From Scyliorhinus canicula (Eukaryota), in the NCBI RefSeq assembly GCF_902713615.1, contig NC_052160.1:137186737-137250736 (forward strand): a stretch of 64,000 nucleotides of DNA, given 5' to 3'. This document shows positions 23,480 through 35,848 of this stretch, piece by piece (the stretch's first letter is position 1; each line of letters opens with the position of its first letter). The notes below the pieces were generated by a model. It ran no database searches and was not told the origin of the DNA. It worked only from the letters and a program-made list of their open reading frames with translations. The position numbers and the translations under genes were made by a program.

Positions 23480-24560
23480 TCTCACACTTAATTGCCCTTT
23501 AGAAGGTGGTGGTGAGCTGCCTTCTTGAACTGCTGCAGTCCATGTGTTGTAGGTACACCCTCTGTGCTGTTAGGTGAGGTTTTCTAGCATTCTGATCCAG
23601 CCATGATGAAGAAGTGGTGATTTATTTCCAAGCCGGAATGGGAATGGCATCTTGCAGGTTGTCGTCCTTCCTTGCACCTGTTGCTCTTAAATGACAGAGG
23701 TTGAGGTAACTGTTGTTGAAGGAGCAGTGGTCAGTTGTTACAGTCCCGCTGGTAGACAGCATGATGTGCCAGTGAAGAGGGCTGTTTTGTCCTGGATGGC
23801 TTCAAGCTTCTTGTGTGTTGTTGGAACTGTCCTCATCAAGGCAAGTGGGGAGTATTCCATTACACCCCTGACTTGTATCTAGTAGATGGCAGAAAGATTT
23901 TGGAGAATTGGGGGTGAGTCACTCAACACTATAATTTCCAGCCTTTGACCTGCTCTTGTAGCTACTGTATTTATGTGGTTGGTCCAGTTAAGTTTCTGGT
24001 CGATGATAACCCCTCTGTATTAATGGTGGGGCGGAAGGGGGGGTGGGGTGGGGTTAGATAAGCAATGATAATGCTGTTGAATGTCAAATTGAGGAGGGAT
24101 GTGAGTGCGGTGGTTAGAATATCTCTCATTGGAGCTGATCAGTGTGAATCCTAATTGTCACATTTCAGTCCAAGCCCGATTGTTCCAAAGTTTTACTGCG
24201 TGTGGATCTGGAGTGTTGTATTACCTGAGTACAATGATCTTAGCATTTATGCTAGAACTAAGTATATTGCTGCAACATTGTTGGCTCCACATGTGTTAAT
24301 GGAAGTATCATCCATTTCATGTTGTAAGGGTTGAGATCAATGTTCTGCACCAAACCCTGTGTCAAATTGGGACTAGTCTCCTCCAGGATCCTTGACATTG
24401 AGGGCAGATTTTCCAGCAGCGTTCCTGACGCACAAAGTGTAAGGGTGTGTGCACCCATCAGCTTTCCCCTCCAGCCTGGCACAACAATGTCACTATGTCA
24501 GTCCTTTGCCCCAGAGCTTGAGTGCGACCTGGCCTTCTGCACTATTTAGTTTCACTGCCC
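23480..24560 (-). mobile_element. L2-clade LINE 3' fragment
   Basis: L2-type tail (ttgcccttt agaaggtggtggtgagctgccttcttgaac) plus degenerate RT C-terminus. Confidence 0.75.
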
Positions 24561-24594
24561 TATCTGTAGCGCACTTGTGTACTGATGCACACAA

Positions 24595-24921
24595 GGGAGG
24601 AAGTGGCGTAGTGGTATTGCCATTGGACTGATAATCCAGAGACCCAGGATAATGCTCTGGGGACCTGGGTTCGAATCCCACCAGGTCAGATGGTGAAATT
24701 TGAATTCAATAAAAATCAGGAATTAAAAGTCTAACGATGGCCATGAAACCATTGTCGATTGTTGTAAAAACCCATCTGGCAGGAAATCTGTTATCCTTAC
24801 CTGGTCTGTGGCTACCTGTGACTCTAGACGCACAGCAATGTGGTTGACCCATAAATGCACTCAGGAACACTGGCCCAACCAGCGATGCCCACATCCTATG
24901 AATGAATAAAGAAAAAAAAAA
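24595..24921 (+). mobile_element. tRNA-SINE with L2-type 3' tail
   Basis: A box gtggcgtagtgg, B box ggttcgaatccc, tail ccagcgatgcccacatcctatgaatgaataaa(a)n; homologue at 48289. Confidence 0.8.
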
Positions 24922-25508
24922 TTCTCATTACGTGCACATCCTGCCTCTATATTATCGCTAAAATGTGAACGTGAGGGAGTATGTCTTAATCTTCACTTTT
25001 TTTTCTTGCTATTTCTCTATCTGAGCAGGTTAGAGTTCTGGGGTGTGTGAAAGGGAAAGGGGTCAAGGGTAAGGTTGTGGTGAGGAGAGAGGCGAAGGTA
25101 AGAAGTGTATGCTTACACCGCGGTTTAGAACCTGCAGGTTCAAATGTTACACAGTGCTATTTTCAATAATCTCAACATCTCCAGCAACCAGGAGGCACCT
25201 GGTTTTCTTTTCGAAGTGCAGTCCAGCTTGATGTAAATGCTACCAAGTGCCCATATTGGGTCCCCTGATGTGACCAGTCAATTATTAGTGTTCTGAGAAC
25301 TGGCTGTACTTAGAAATCATGACAATGAGCAGGCAGCATGACATTGCCAACTTGCCTCAATACAAGCGTGGAGATTTGGGTTATTTCTGCATCGCAATCC
25401 CCAATGGTGCTTTTGAGGTCTAATCAATCCAGCCCCTCTGACTTTTGGCACACGACAACAGGAGATTCACTGCGATAATTACGCATGTGATTTTTTTTTC
25501 TATTTTAG

Positions 25509-25629
25509 GAAATATGTTCAACAGTTGTGAAGATTTTCCAGTAAATACAGACATGGAGCCTAACCCTATTATCGAACAAACAACAATAAGTGAAAATACT
25601 TTTCAAACCATTGCTGTTGCCAATGAGAG
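25509..25629 (+). CDS. Gene A exon 4: stalk (GNMFNSCEDFPVNTDMEPNPIIEQTTISENTFQTIAVANE)
   Basis: Strong acceptor ttttttttctattttag|, phase 1 in, AG|GTATAT phase 2 out; same phases and conserved C-E motif as the gene B stalk exon. Confidence 0.75.
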
Positions 25630-25863
25630 GTATATCAATTTAGTTCTGTTAATAGTGAAAATATTGTGATTGTCTTCATCAGCCTGTATTTTCCTAATTG
25701 GTCATATGGTTAAGAATTTATATGCACGCACAGAATACCATGAGTGAGTGTTCAATTGCCTCTCACACCTCTCTCATCTTAGTAATGATAATCTTTATTC
25801 GAGTCATGCATAGACTTGCATTAACACTGCAATGAAGTTACTGTGAAAATGTCCATTCACCTC

Positions 25864-26800
25864 GGGCGGGCTTCTCCGGTCGCCGGGTGGGCGGGGCCGG
25901 AGAATCCCGCTCAAAGAGAAACTGCAGGGAACTCGCCGACAGAGCCGGCGGGTAACTCCCAGCAAATTCTGCCACAAACGACATTTGAAACTTTTCCATT
26001 AGATGGAGCCCCTAGTCTCACTTTAATATGACTGCCATGATCTACTCGAGGCCTCGGAGACCTCTGGCAAGCGCCATCCACTGCTGGTCTCCAGAAATGT
26101 GGACAAGATGGAAAGGCACTCCTGGGGGCTTCCCAGGGGGATCGGACGCCCCCAGGTACTTTCTATCTGGGCAGGAGCACCCTGACACTGCCAGCCTGGC
26201 ACCCTGGCAGTGGCACCTGGATGCCAGCGTGATACTGCCAAGGTGCCCAGGTTGAAGTGCCAGCTGGCAGGGGCATTGTCAGGCTGGCACTGCCAAGATG
26301 TCACTCTGGCTTTTTCCCCGGTGATGAGGATCAGACCTGGGGGATGCCCTGCTCAGCTGTGAGGGGGGCTGCTGGGGGGGGGGGGGGGGGGCTGCTGGGG
26401 GGGGGGGGGGGGGGGCTGAGGGCCCCCTTATAGGTGAGTTGGGGTTTTGAGGGCGGTTTCGAGGTCACATCGGAGGGGTTGAGAGATTGGGGTGCCAGTT
26501 AAAGATGCACTGAGGAGTTCCAACAAGCAGAAATCCTCTATGCAGGAAATGGGACTAAGTACGGCCTTGGCGGAGGGTTCCCCACTGAGCCCCCGAACAG
26601 AACCAGAGTCCCGGTAGATAGTATGGTGTTTCTCAGGGCTCCGACTGCCGACAAACACACGGCTAAACGGGCTCGTTTCAGGTCTCTGTTCCCATTTGGT
26701 TAGACCGCGCCCAGAGTCAACATTCCAAGTCCAGCGTGACTTCCTCGACACACAATGTAATGTTAAAAAAAAATAGTTGGCCTCTGAAAATATTCTGCCC
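25864..26800. mobile_element. Harbinger-type MITE remnant with a 49-bp TIR-only mini element at its left end
   Basis: GGGCGGGCTTCTCCGG...CCGGAGAATCCCGCTC at 25864-25912; the rest is homologous, in reverse orientation, to 43592-44595. Confidence 0.65.
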
Positions 26801-26872
26801 AGGCTTGTTGCAGCTTGCAATGGTCAGGTTGCTTGAAGCTGCAAGAAAAATGTGTTGATATTCTCAGAGATG

Positions 26873-27204
26873 ATAGAACATAGAACAGTACAGCACAGAA
26901 CAGGCCCTTCGGCCCTCGATGTTGTGCCGAGCAATGATCACCCTACTTAAACCCACGTAACCCGTATACCCGTAACCCAACAATCCCCCCATTAACCTTA
27001 CACTACGGGCAATTTAGCATGGCCAATCCACCTAACCCGCACATCTTTGGACTGTGGGAGGAAACCGGAGCACCCGGAGGAAACCCACGCACACACGGGG
27101 AGGACGTGCAGACTCCACACAGACAGTGACCCAAGCCGGGAATCGAACCTGGGACCCTGGAGCTGTGAAGCATTGATGCTAACCACCATGCTACCGTGAG
27201 GCCC
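26873..27204 (-). mobile_element. HE1-type SINE variant with (ATGTTCT)n tail
   Basis: HE1 head and core with an alternative CR1-like tail. Confidence 0.85.
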
Positions 27205-27497
27205 ACTGATGTGTGACCAAGACGTGTAAATGTGCAATGACAAGATGTAATTTGATAAGGAAGGTTGTAGTTGCAAGTGAAGAAGAACCGTATTGTTACA
27301 GAGCTTGTGAGAGGCAAACATCATGGGTGACAATCCATATGTTAGACACCAGGTGATTCAAATATAAGGAACAGACAGTGAGCAGGTATACAGGGACCAC
27401 AGGAACCAAACCATGCTGAGGGTAAAACACCCAGAGAGAAGTGTTACTAAGCTAGTTGTAATGTTATGAAGCTTAAAGAGAAGAAGATGCTAAAGAC

Positions 27498-27728
27498 TTT
27501 CTTTTTTATATAAATTTAGAATATCCAATTCATTTTTTCCAATTAAGGGGCAATTTAGCGTGGTCAATCCACCTACCCGGCACATCTTTGGGTCGTGGGA
27601 GGCGAAACCCACGCAAACACGGGGAGAATGTGCAAACTCCACACGGACAGTGACCCAGAGCCGGGATCGAACCTGGGACCTCGGTGCCGTGAGGCTGCAA
27701 TGCTAACCACTGGGCTACCGTGCTGCCC
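27498..27728 (-). mobile_element. Family D SINE with 12-bp TSD GATGCTAAAGAC
   Basis: Identical 12-mer at 27486-27497 and 27729-27740. Confidence 0.9.
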
Positions 27729-28039
27729 GATGCTAAAGACCTCTTTATTAACCCACACACATGCTCCTTAAAAACCTGAAGAAGCAGTCTATTAAATGCT
27801 ACTCGATGAAGTTACAGTTGGCGTAGCTCTCGGTTATAGGTAAATAGGCAAGGTAAAGCCGCCATAGTCCCAGATAGCCATATCTGTTTTCCCCTTTGAG
27901 GAGAGGCTAGGGGCTAGGTTGAGAAGGCGGGGCCTTCATGAATAACCTCAGCCGGTACGGGAATTGAACCCGCCGTACTGCTGGCCTCGCTCTGCATCAC
28001 AAACCAGCCGTCCGGCTAAACTATCCCCTACCACTTCCG

Positions 28040-28790
28040 CGATAACCAACACGAGGAGCTCAGGAGATTGCTGATTGATCTCCCCGTCAATTTCACAGAC
28101 TATGAGTTTCCATGGAGAGTGGGCGGAGGCCGGCCAATCTGGGGCCCTTTAAACATAGCTCCCAGGCCTGGAACAGCAGTTCCCAATAGTCCTGGGCTGG
28201 GACGTCTGCTTTGAGTGTTTCAGTTTACAATAAACCAGTTTGGCTTTTTACTCCACATCTCCTGGAATTATTACATTGGCGATAAGGATGAAACACGGGA
28301 TTCTGAGCATCCTTTTCTAAACTCCTCGGTGCCAACTCTGGTAAGAAACAAAGCAAAAAGAAAAACTCGGAAATGCCTTTGTTTGGGAAGCTCGAACCTT
28401 ATGACACAGATGTGGGGGACTGGCCCCAGCATGTAAAACACATGCGCTACATCTTCCATGCCAACAGTATAGAAGGGGATGACAGACGTAAAATAATCCT
28501 TTTCACAGGGCCCCAATATTCAGCATTAAGGGTTTAACTTATCCTGCAGCACCTGACACAAGAATATTCAATGGGATCTAGTAAAGAACCATTACAACCC
28601 CAATGGTGAAGTCAAAGCCACCTCGGGCCCGGCCAGGCTTCACAAGTCTATCAGCTCGTGAAGGACGAAACAGTGCAGCTGAGCTGCATCATCACCTCTA
28701 AGGGGAGGCAGACTTGCCTTACTGAAATTAATGCTAGTCCCAAGGTTAAATTGCAATGGGTAGCCATCAAGATCATGGACAGGCTCCCCG
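28040..28790 (+). mobile_element. Ty3/Gypsy relic: LTR end, PBS, gag start and protease fragment
   Basis: LTR end ...ttattaCA (28275) followed by the PBS-like TGGCGATAAG; ATG at 28373 gives MPLFGKLEPYDTDVGDWPQHVKHMRYIFHANSI, a typical fish/shark Gypsy gag N-terminus, then degenerate. Confidence 0.75.
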
Positions 28791-28799
28791 TGACCTTTT

Positions 28800-31385
28800 A
28801 GCTGGGAAGTCTGTGGGAACTGCGGTGGTCAGAAAAATCTGGCCTTTAATTCTTGCTGGGAACATTTACCAATTTTTGTTGAACCGCAGTCTGGCTACCT
28901 TCTCCCCCTATCCCGAAATGCCTTATATGCTATTATCTCCTCCCTGACCATTGCCTTAAGCGCCTCCCAGGATGTGGAGGGGCAGACCTCCCCATACTGG
29001 TTGTAGCTCACTTACTGATCATCTAGTGCCATCCTTTCACAAAAAGCCTTGCCGGCGGGTAGGGGCGTGTCCAGCCTCTATGGGGGCTCTGGGCCCGACT
29101 GGTCTCCAACCTCACAGCTACATAATGCGGTGCGTGGACCAAGATAACTATTGCTGAATATTCTGCCCCTACTACCCCTGGAAGCACCAATTTCCCCATC
29201 ACAAAGACAGCTTTTCGGGAGAATAGAAGGAGGACTCCTTGTCCCTTGGGTGGCTGAACCTTCGACGGTCCACCCCCCCACCCACCCACCCATCTGATCC
29301 ATAATGATGGTCAGTCCCTTTGCCATTCCCGACTTTGCACCTGATCCGGGGCTTGACCTGTTCAGTTTTGGGTCCAGGACACAATTAAAGTCTCTCCCCA
29401 TGATCAGTTGGTGGGAGTCGAGGTTGGGGTCTCTGCCAGCGTCTTTTTGATGAACTCTGCATCGTCCCAGTTCGGAGCATACACATTTACCTGTATCACT
29501 GGGCCCCTTCCAGAATCCTACTCGCCATTATGTATTGTCCACCTGGTACGTCACTGTGTTGGTCACCGTGAAGGCTATCCTCTTGTTAAACATAATAGCC
29601 ACCTCTCTTTCCCTCACGTCAAAGTTTGCTTGGTATGCTTGTCCCACCCAATTTTTCCTTACCCTCATCCGTTCTTTGGCTCTCATTACGTCTCCTGCAG
29701 AAAGATAATGCCAACCCTCAGGCTTTTCAGATGGATGAAGACTTGGGATCTTTTGATTGGGCCATTGAGCCCCTCACATTCCAGGTGACGTTCCTGATGG
29801 GGAATTTCTGACCCTCTGCTCCCTTGGAGTCAGCCATGTTTGCCTCATGGACATGCCCCTGCAAGCCGGCTTTCATTTGTCTTTGATCCATCCAAAATGG
29901 CCACCACCACCATCCTCCTTCCACCCATACCCTAATGTAACGTGTGTGACCAGCATTTTACCCACCCTTCCCTCCTTGAGCTACCGAATCTCCAACTCCT
30001 GATCCCCTCCAATCAAGTCATCTACTCCTCCTCTACTGACCCCCCGCCCCCCGTACCCTCCCGGACCCTGCCCTCCCCAGTCCACTAACCTACCACCCAC
30101 CCCTGCCATATATCCCCATCATCTCTGGAGACCCACTGCGTTCTGCCCTGTAACCAGAGCCCACAGTGTCCCACGAGATCTGTAAGATAAATCACAGGGC
30201 TGAAACATGTGGTAATTCCCCACCAGACAACCGTAGAAAGGGACATAGCAGGATTGACCACAAACCAGGGCACAAACTGCAAAAGAATTTGAGAAAAGAC
30301 GAAACACGAAGTAAAAACCCACACAAGCAATGCATACACCAGCCCCCCCCCCCAACCACTACCATTCATAAAGGTCCATGACCCTCGCGCCATCCACTCA
30401 GTTAAGACCCAGTCCATTTCTTTGCATGAATTTGTTTGCCTTCTCTGGCCTGTTCTGCCAGGTACAGCATGCCGAATGTCACCTTGTTTTCGAAAAGTGC
30501 TACCTTGACGCTGTTGAACTCCACTGGCGTTTGACCAGGTCAGCTCCAATTCCCTGGTCGCCACGAATGGCGTGTCCTTCCTAGTTGCAAGGCCGCATGT
30601 TCTTTGCCCAAGTCAGGATAATTTCCATGTCCTGGTACTTGTGTAACCTGATGATTACCGCCTGCGGTGGTCTCTGACGGAGTGACCTGTGGGCCTGGTC
30701 TACATCTGGGGGTTTATTGAAGCCCTCCTCCCTGACCTGAGCATCTTTGTTACGTACTCAGTTGGGCTCCTACCTTCCATGCCCCCTGGTAGCCCACCGA
30801 TCCGGAGGTTCTGGCCGAGACCTGTTCTCCTCGTCATCTATTCTGACCTTCAGAGTCTTTTGGGTTGCCTCCAGCCTCGTTATTTTGTCGTTAAGCTAGG
30901 CGATTCGTTTGTCTTGTTGGGTGACCGCCTTTTCTACCTCCCGGATCGTCGCTCCTTGGGGCTCCAGCTGTCGCTCCACCCTGTCCATCGATCCACGTAT
31001 GGGGGCCAGCACGGCTTTGATTGCCATCTCCATCACCAACACTAAGTCCTCCTTTACTGCCTCCCTCTGCTTCCGGAGTTCTATTGGGATGAACTCCATC
31101 AGCCTCTCCAAAGACTGGGAAAGGTGTTGGCGACTCGGCTGGGTCCTCCATATTTGGATTTGTGTTGCCACGCGGGTCCACTGGCTCCGATGCTAGGGTT
31201 TTGCTCCCCTTGCGTCCTGACTGCTGGTCCGCCAGCATCCCAAACCGGACAAGTTATTGAGGGTCAGATTAGAGCTGTTTTTCCAGGTTTGGTGCCCGCT
31301 TATTGGGACAAAAATGTCCAAGAAAGAGAATCCAGGTGGGAGCCGTCTTTCGTGCGACCGCTCATGGCCGCCACCTCAAGTCACC
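28800..31385 (-). mobile_element. L1-clade LINE 5' half (5'UTR, ORF1, ORF2 endonuclease), degenerate
   Basis: ORF1 coiled coil (LMEFIPIELRKQREAVKEDL...REVEKAV) followed by DDEENRSR; endonuclease motifs VTWNVRG and GRDFNCVLDPKLNRS. Confidence 0.85.
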
Positions 31386-31699
31386 AACGGAATAGTTAAT
31401 GGGAAGACCACTGCATTCCAGGCTCAGCCTGCTGTTTCCCAACTGGGTGGGTGTTATAACCCGCACGAGGACCACGGGGAACCCATTCTCGAATCTTCCT
31501 GTGGGACTCGTGGAGAACGAGCTTCCCAGGCAGGGAGCGGAGGCCACCCAGCTGGAGCTCAGTAAAGACCTACACATAAAAGCCGGCCCAAGCAGGGCCC
31601 GGTATGGTTGGTTCTCCCCGCAAAGACTGGACTGGGAGAGAGTTACTGCCGTGTGCAAAGTATTGTACATAGTTCAATACATCCTTGTTCCACTACCAC

Positions 31700-31930
31700 T
31701 GGCTTCCTCAAGTTTTACTAACCAGGAAAGGCGACGACAAAGCTGGAGGCTCAAAAAAGGAACTAGGACACCAGAAGACTCGAAAGGACCTTCAGAACAG
31801 GAGGTGCCGTCTATGTTCAGAACTTTGGAAATGGCTCCCAATGGATCCCAGGAGTCATGCTGGAAAAGACAGGTCGGGTTTCTTACAAAGTCAAAATCCA
31901 AGGGGAGGCTGTGATAAAACACCTGTCCAA
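31700..31930 (+). mobile_element. Gypsy integrase C-terminal fragment
   Basis: GAVYVQNFGNGSQWIPGVMLEKTGRVSYKVKI resembles the GPY/F region of Gypsy integrases. Confidence 0.65.
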
Positions 31931-32100
31931 TGTTCTGGTCGGATGGCCTGATTTATATTACAAGAACACTTGCAGCTAAAGCTATAAATGATTTATTAAC
32001 ATTAACCGTGGGTCAACTATATACAAAACAACAGATGAATAACAATATGAACTTGCACAAGCAACCTTTTTCTCAACGTTTGGCGTCCTGCAAATGTCAT

Positions 32101-32748
32101 GGGCGGGATTCTCCCCTAACTGGCGGGGCGGGCTGTACCGGCGCCGAGGAGAGGCGTGAACCACTCGGGCGTTGGGCCACCAGGGAGACGCGGAATCCTC
32201 CGCACCTTCAGGGGCTAGGCCGGCGCCGGGGGGGTTGGCACCGCGCCAACCGGCGCCGAAGGGCCTCCGCCGGCCGGCGTGAGTTGCCGTGTACGCAGGA
32301 GCACCAGCGTGTGCTGACGTCAGCCAGTGCATGTCCAGGGGGGTTCTTCTCCGTGCCGGCCATGGCGGACCGTTATAGCTGCCGGTGCGGAGGGAAAGAG
32401 TGCCCCCATGGCACAGGCCCGTCCGCGGATCGGTGGGGCCCCCGCCCAGGGCCAGATCACCGAGGACTCCGCAGGCCGCCCGCAGAGCCAGGTCCCGCCA
32501 GTACGGACCTGGTTTGATTTATGCCGGCGGGACCGGCCGAAAACGGGCGGCCACTCGGCCCATCGTGGAGCGGAGAATCGCCTGGGGGGGGGCCACTGCC
32601 AATGGCCCCCGACCGGCAAGATGCGATTCCCGCCCCCGCCGAAAAACCGGTGCCGGAGAATCTGGCAGCCAGTGTCGGGGCGGCGGGGCGATATTCACGC
32701 CGCCCCCGGTGATTCTCCGGCTCGGCGGGGGGACGGAGAATCCCGCCC
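32101..32748. mobile_element. Harbinger-type MITE, TSD CAT
   Basis: Perfect TIR GGGCGGGATTCTCC at both ends; CAT on both flanks. Confidence 0.9.
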
Positions 32749-33123
32749 CATATTCTTGTACTCTTTTCTTTCACGATATTTACCATTTCTCTTTCCACAC
32801 TACTTCTATCAATATTTTTACTATCAATAAATAAGTACTTATGTACTTATCCACACAATCCTTGACGGATCAGTAGTCCTGCTCCCTTACCAGAAAGCAG
32901 TTTCTGGCATTGTGTGACATCCTACTGTAAACGGCATGAATTTCCACGCATACCATTGATAGCAGAAGTTACTGTGTGAGCATTACAGCTTTCATTGAAA
33001 AGTCCTGGAGCTAGTCAAATATCAGTTTCTGAAGGATAAATTATTTTGCCCCTGAAATCCCTGTGCTGTCCAGTGTTCCTTTGTACCCCATTGATTGATT
33101 TAATATTTGTTCAGTTTGTCCAG

Positions 33124-33214
33124 CTACATTATCTGCAGTTCGCTACGATGGGCGGGATTTATATTCTTGCTGATTTCTGCCATTTTAGTCACATGTTGGA
33201 CAAAGAAAAATTAA
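33124..33214 (+). CDS. Gene A exon 5: transmembrane helix with Arg, 4-aa tail and stop
   Basis: Acceptor tttgtccag|, phase 2; (S)YIICSSLRWAGFIFLLISAILVTCWTKKN-TAA then G|GTAAG. The five exons sum to 900 nt (299 aa plus stop). Confidence 0.85.
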
Positions 33215-33768
33215 GGTAAGGATTATAGATCTTGTGTTAATTGCTGAGCAATTTGTTTTAAAAAGCTGTTTAATATCATTACTAAACTAAGACAGCTGAA
33301 TCTAAAACTTGCCAAATTTAATTTTCACTTCAAGTTACAATGGAAAGTGCCCAATAGTAAATTGTAGTTTCTTACTGAGGGGTGTTACTCCTGAGGAGGG
33401 GAACAGTCTCTACTAACGTCAACTCAGCCAGTTAAAAATTGGTTGTACAGTGGGGCTGCTACCGAAGATCTGTACAGTACAGGAGGAGTCCATTCAGCCC
33501 ATCTTCCCTCTTCTGGCTGTTTGATGGAGCTATCTAATTAGTCCCACGCAGCTTCACTTTCCCCATGGCCTGCAAATTTTCGCTCTTTAAGTCTAAACCC
33601 AATTCTCTATCCAGACCTTTGGGCCATTTTCACCCAGAACAACTTCTAATTGCAATGTTGTATTTTAGAGAAAAATTGTTAATTGCAATGTTGTATTTTA
33701 GAGCACAATGTTTTCATCCAAGTTATAAAAAGGGAGGAGGGTTTGAAATGATGAGTAGTTCATTGAAT

Positions 33769-34097
33769 CATAGAATTTACAGTGCAGAAGGAGGCCATTC
33801 GGCCCATCGGGTCTGCACCGGCCCTTGGAAAGAGCACCCCATTTAAGTCCACACTTCCAACTTGTCCCCGTAACCCCACCTATCCTTTTTGGACACTAAG
33901 GGCAATTTATCATGGCCAATCCACCCAACCTGCACATCTTTGGACTGTGGGAGGAAACCGGAGCACCCGGAGGAAACCCACGCAGACACGGGGAGAACGT
34001 GCAGACTCCGCACAGACAGTGGCCCAAGCCGGGAATCCAACCTGGGACAGTGGAGCTGTGAAGCGACTGTGCTAACCACTGTGCTCCCGTGCCGCCC
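33769..34097 (-). mobile_element. HE1-type V-SINE
   Basis: Full-length homologue of the other copies. Confidence 0.9.
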
Positions 34098-34769
34098 CGC
34101 TAAGATGCAAATGAATTTGCGTTGATGATTTTCCCCATAGACAGTTTGAATAAGCAATTCATTAGATAGCTTGGGAATCGAGAAGCGGATCACACCCATT
34201 GCTTTGGGAGTTGTTAGTCCCAGAAGGTCTGCCAGGTTTTTTATTTTCTAGTTTTGAATGGTAGGAGCTAACCAACGTGGAGGCAGACATACAAGAAGAA
34301 ACCTTGTTGAAACAGCTTCGTATGGAGAAGTATTATAAAACTCCTTGTGCAAGTGAGGCAGCAAGGCATAAAATAGATCGAGGCTTTCGTACAGAATCCT
34401 TGAAATTAGAGGCATTGACAATAAAACTAGCCCCAGTGTTTACAAGGGTAACCATGGAAACTTACCTCACCCAAAATTCAAAATGAACAGGAATGAAATA
34501 AATGTTTGGTTAATGCCTTTAGGTGCTGTTGGATACAAGGGTAAATATGAAGGAGGATGCCCCTGTTTTTCTTTGAAATATGACCTGGGATCTTTTGTGT
34601 CACCAGAGCTGGTTGACATGGCAACAACGTCCTATCTGGTAGGACCACTGTACTTAGTGCCATCGAGTAAGGTTTGCCCTGGAGTGGGGCCTGACACTTT
34701 GACCCAACCGAGTCAGAGATAACAGAGATGCCTTGTGATGGACAACCCACAATGTGAGAATTCTTGTTG

Positions 34770-35030
34770 CTCAGAAATGCTGTTGTTGGCTAGGTCATCA
34801 ATAAAAGCTCTTCCACTCTTCTTTGAAGTGGTACCAAGAGAGCTTTTACATCCAACTGAGAGAGAGCACAGGTTTGACACCTCATCGGAAAGACAGCACC
34901 CCATCCACAGTGCAGCAATTCTTTAATAATGGACAGGAGCGTCAGGTTAGACATTTGTGCTCGAGTCTCTGAAGCATGATTTCCTTCCACAACCTTCTAA
35001 ATCAGAAACAAGAGTGTGACCAACTGGGAT
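34770..35030 (-). mobile_element. Deu-domain SINE (SacSINE1/AmnSINE1-like) fragment
   Basis: Reverse complement resembles the Deu-domain gctgcactg...ggtgccgtctttcggatgag...aaaagatcccatggcac. Confidence 0.65.
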
Positions 35031-35268
35031 GTATGTAGCAGGCGCTAGAAACAGAAAGAACAATGTGTAGCATTCCGAAAGGAAGGAGGAGGAACGTGAG
35101 AACAGTCAGCAGAAGAGGGTGGTAAATTCAAACAATGCTACTTGTAAACTAGTGGAGCTGGACCATTCAAACGTTGGCTCACTTGGGACTTCCTTATTGC
35201 TAATGATTTTGAAAGAAGGAAGTTGCATTTATAAAATATTTCTCATGACTTCAGTACCTTAAGATAGT

Positions 35269-35848
35269 GGGCGGGATTCCCCGAGCCTCCGCACCAAAAT
35301 CGCGATCGGCGATCGGGACGGAGAATGGGCGTTGATGCCAAAATCCGGCGCGACGCCGCTCCTGTGATTCTCCGGTCCCCGGTAGGGAGCCATTGACAGA
35401 GGCCCCCATGGCGATTCTCCGCCGAAAACTGGCCGAGTTCCCGATGGCGTGGTTGTAACCATGTTTTGCCGGTCGGGAACGGCCAGTGGTGGCTGCGGAG
35501 TCAGTCTGCGGCTGTCCTGGTGGGGAGGGCGGGGGGAATCCTTCACCGGGGAGGCCTCATGGACGACTAGGCTAGCGATCGGGGGCCAGCGATCCGCGGG
35601 TGCGTGCGATCTCGGGGGGGGGGGCTATATTTCCAGGGCCGGTTAGCGGTGTGGCCGCTGAAGGCTGCCGCCGTGCGCTTTCGCGGACTCCCGACCGGGA
35701 GTGCAGGGCTCCGTACCCACAGCCAGAGTTGCGAGGAGCACTTCGGGTCCTGCTAGCCCCCTTCAGGTGGGAGAATTACTCTGGACTTTCTTCAGGAAAG
35801 TCCAGAGCGAAACACCGATGTTTTGACGCTGGAGTGGGGACATAGCCC
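35269..35848. mobile_element. Harbinger-type MITE, right end truncated
   Basis: Left TIR GGGCGGGATTCC; homologous to 41444-42066. Confidence 0.75.

Noticed and set aside
26370-26420. Long poly-G/poly-C tracts as functional G-quadruplexes
   Set aside because: They recur inside MITEs and L1 3'UTRs throughout the window, and homopolymer lengths are error-prone in assemblies.
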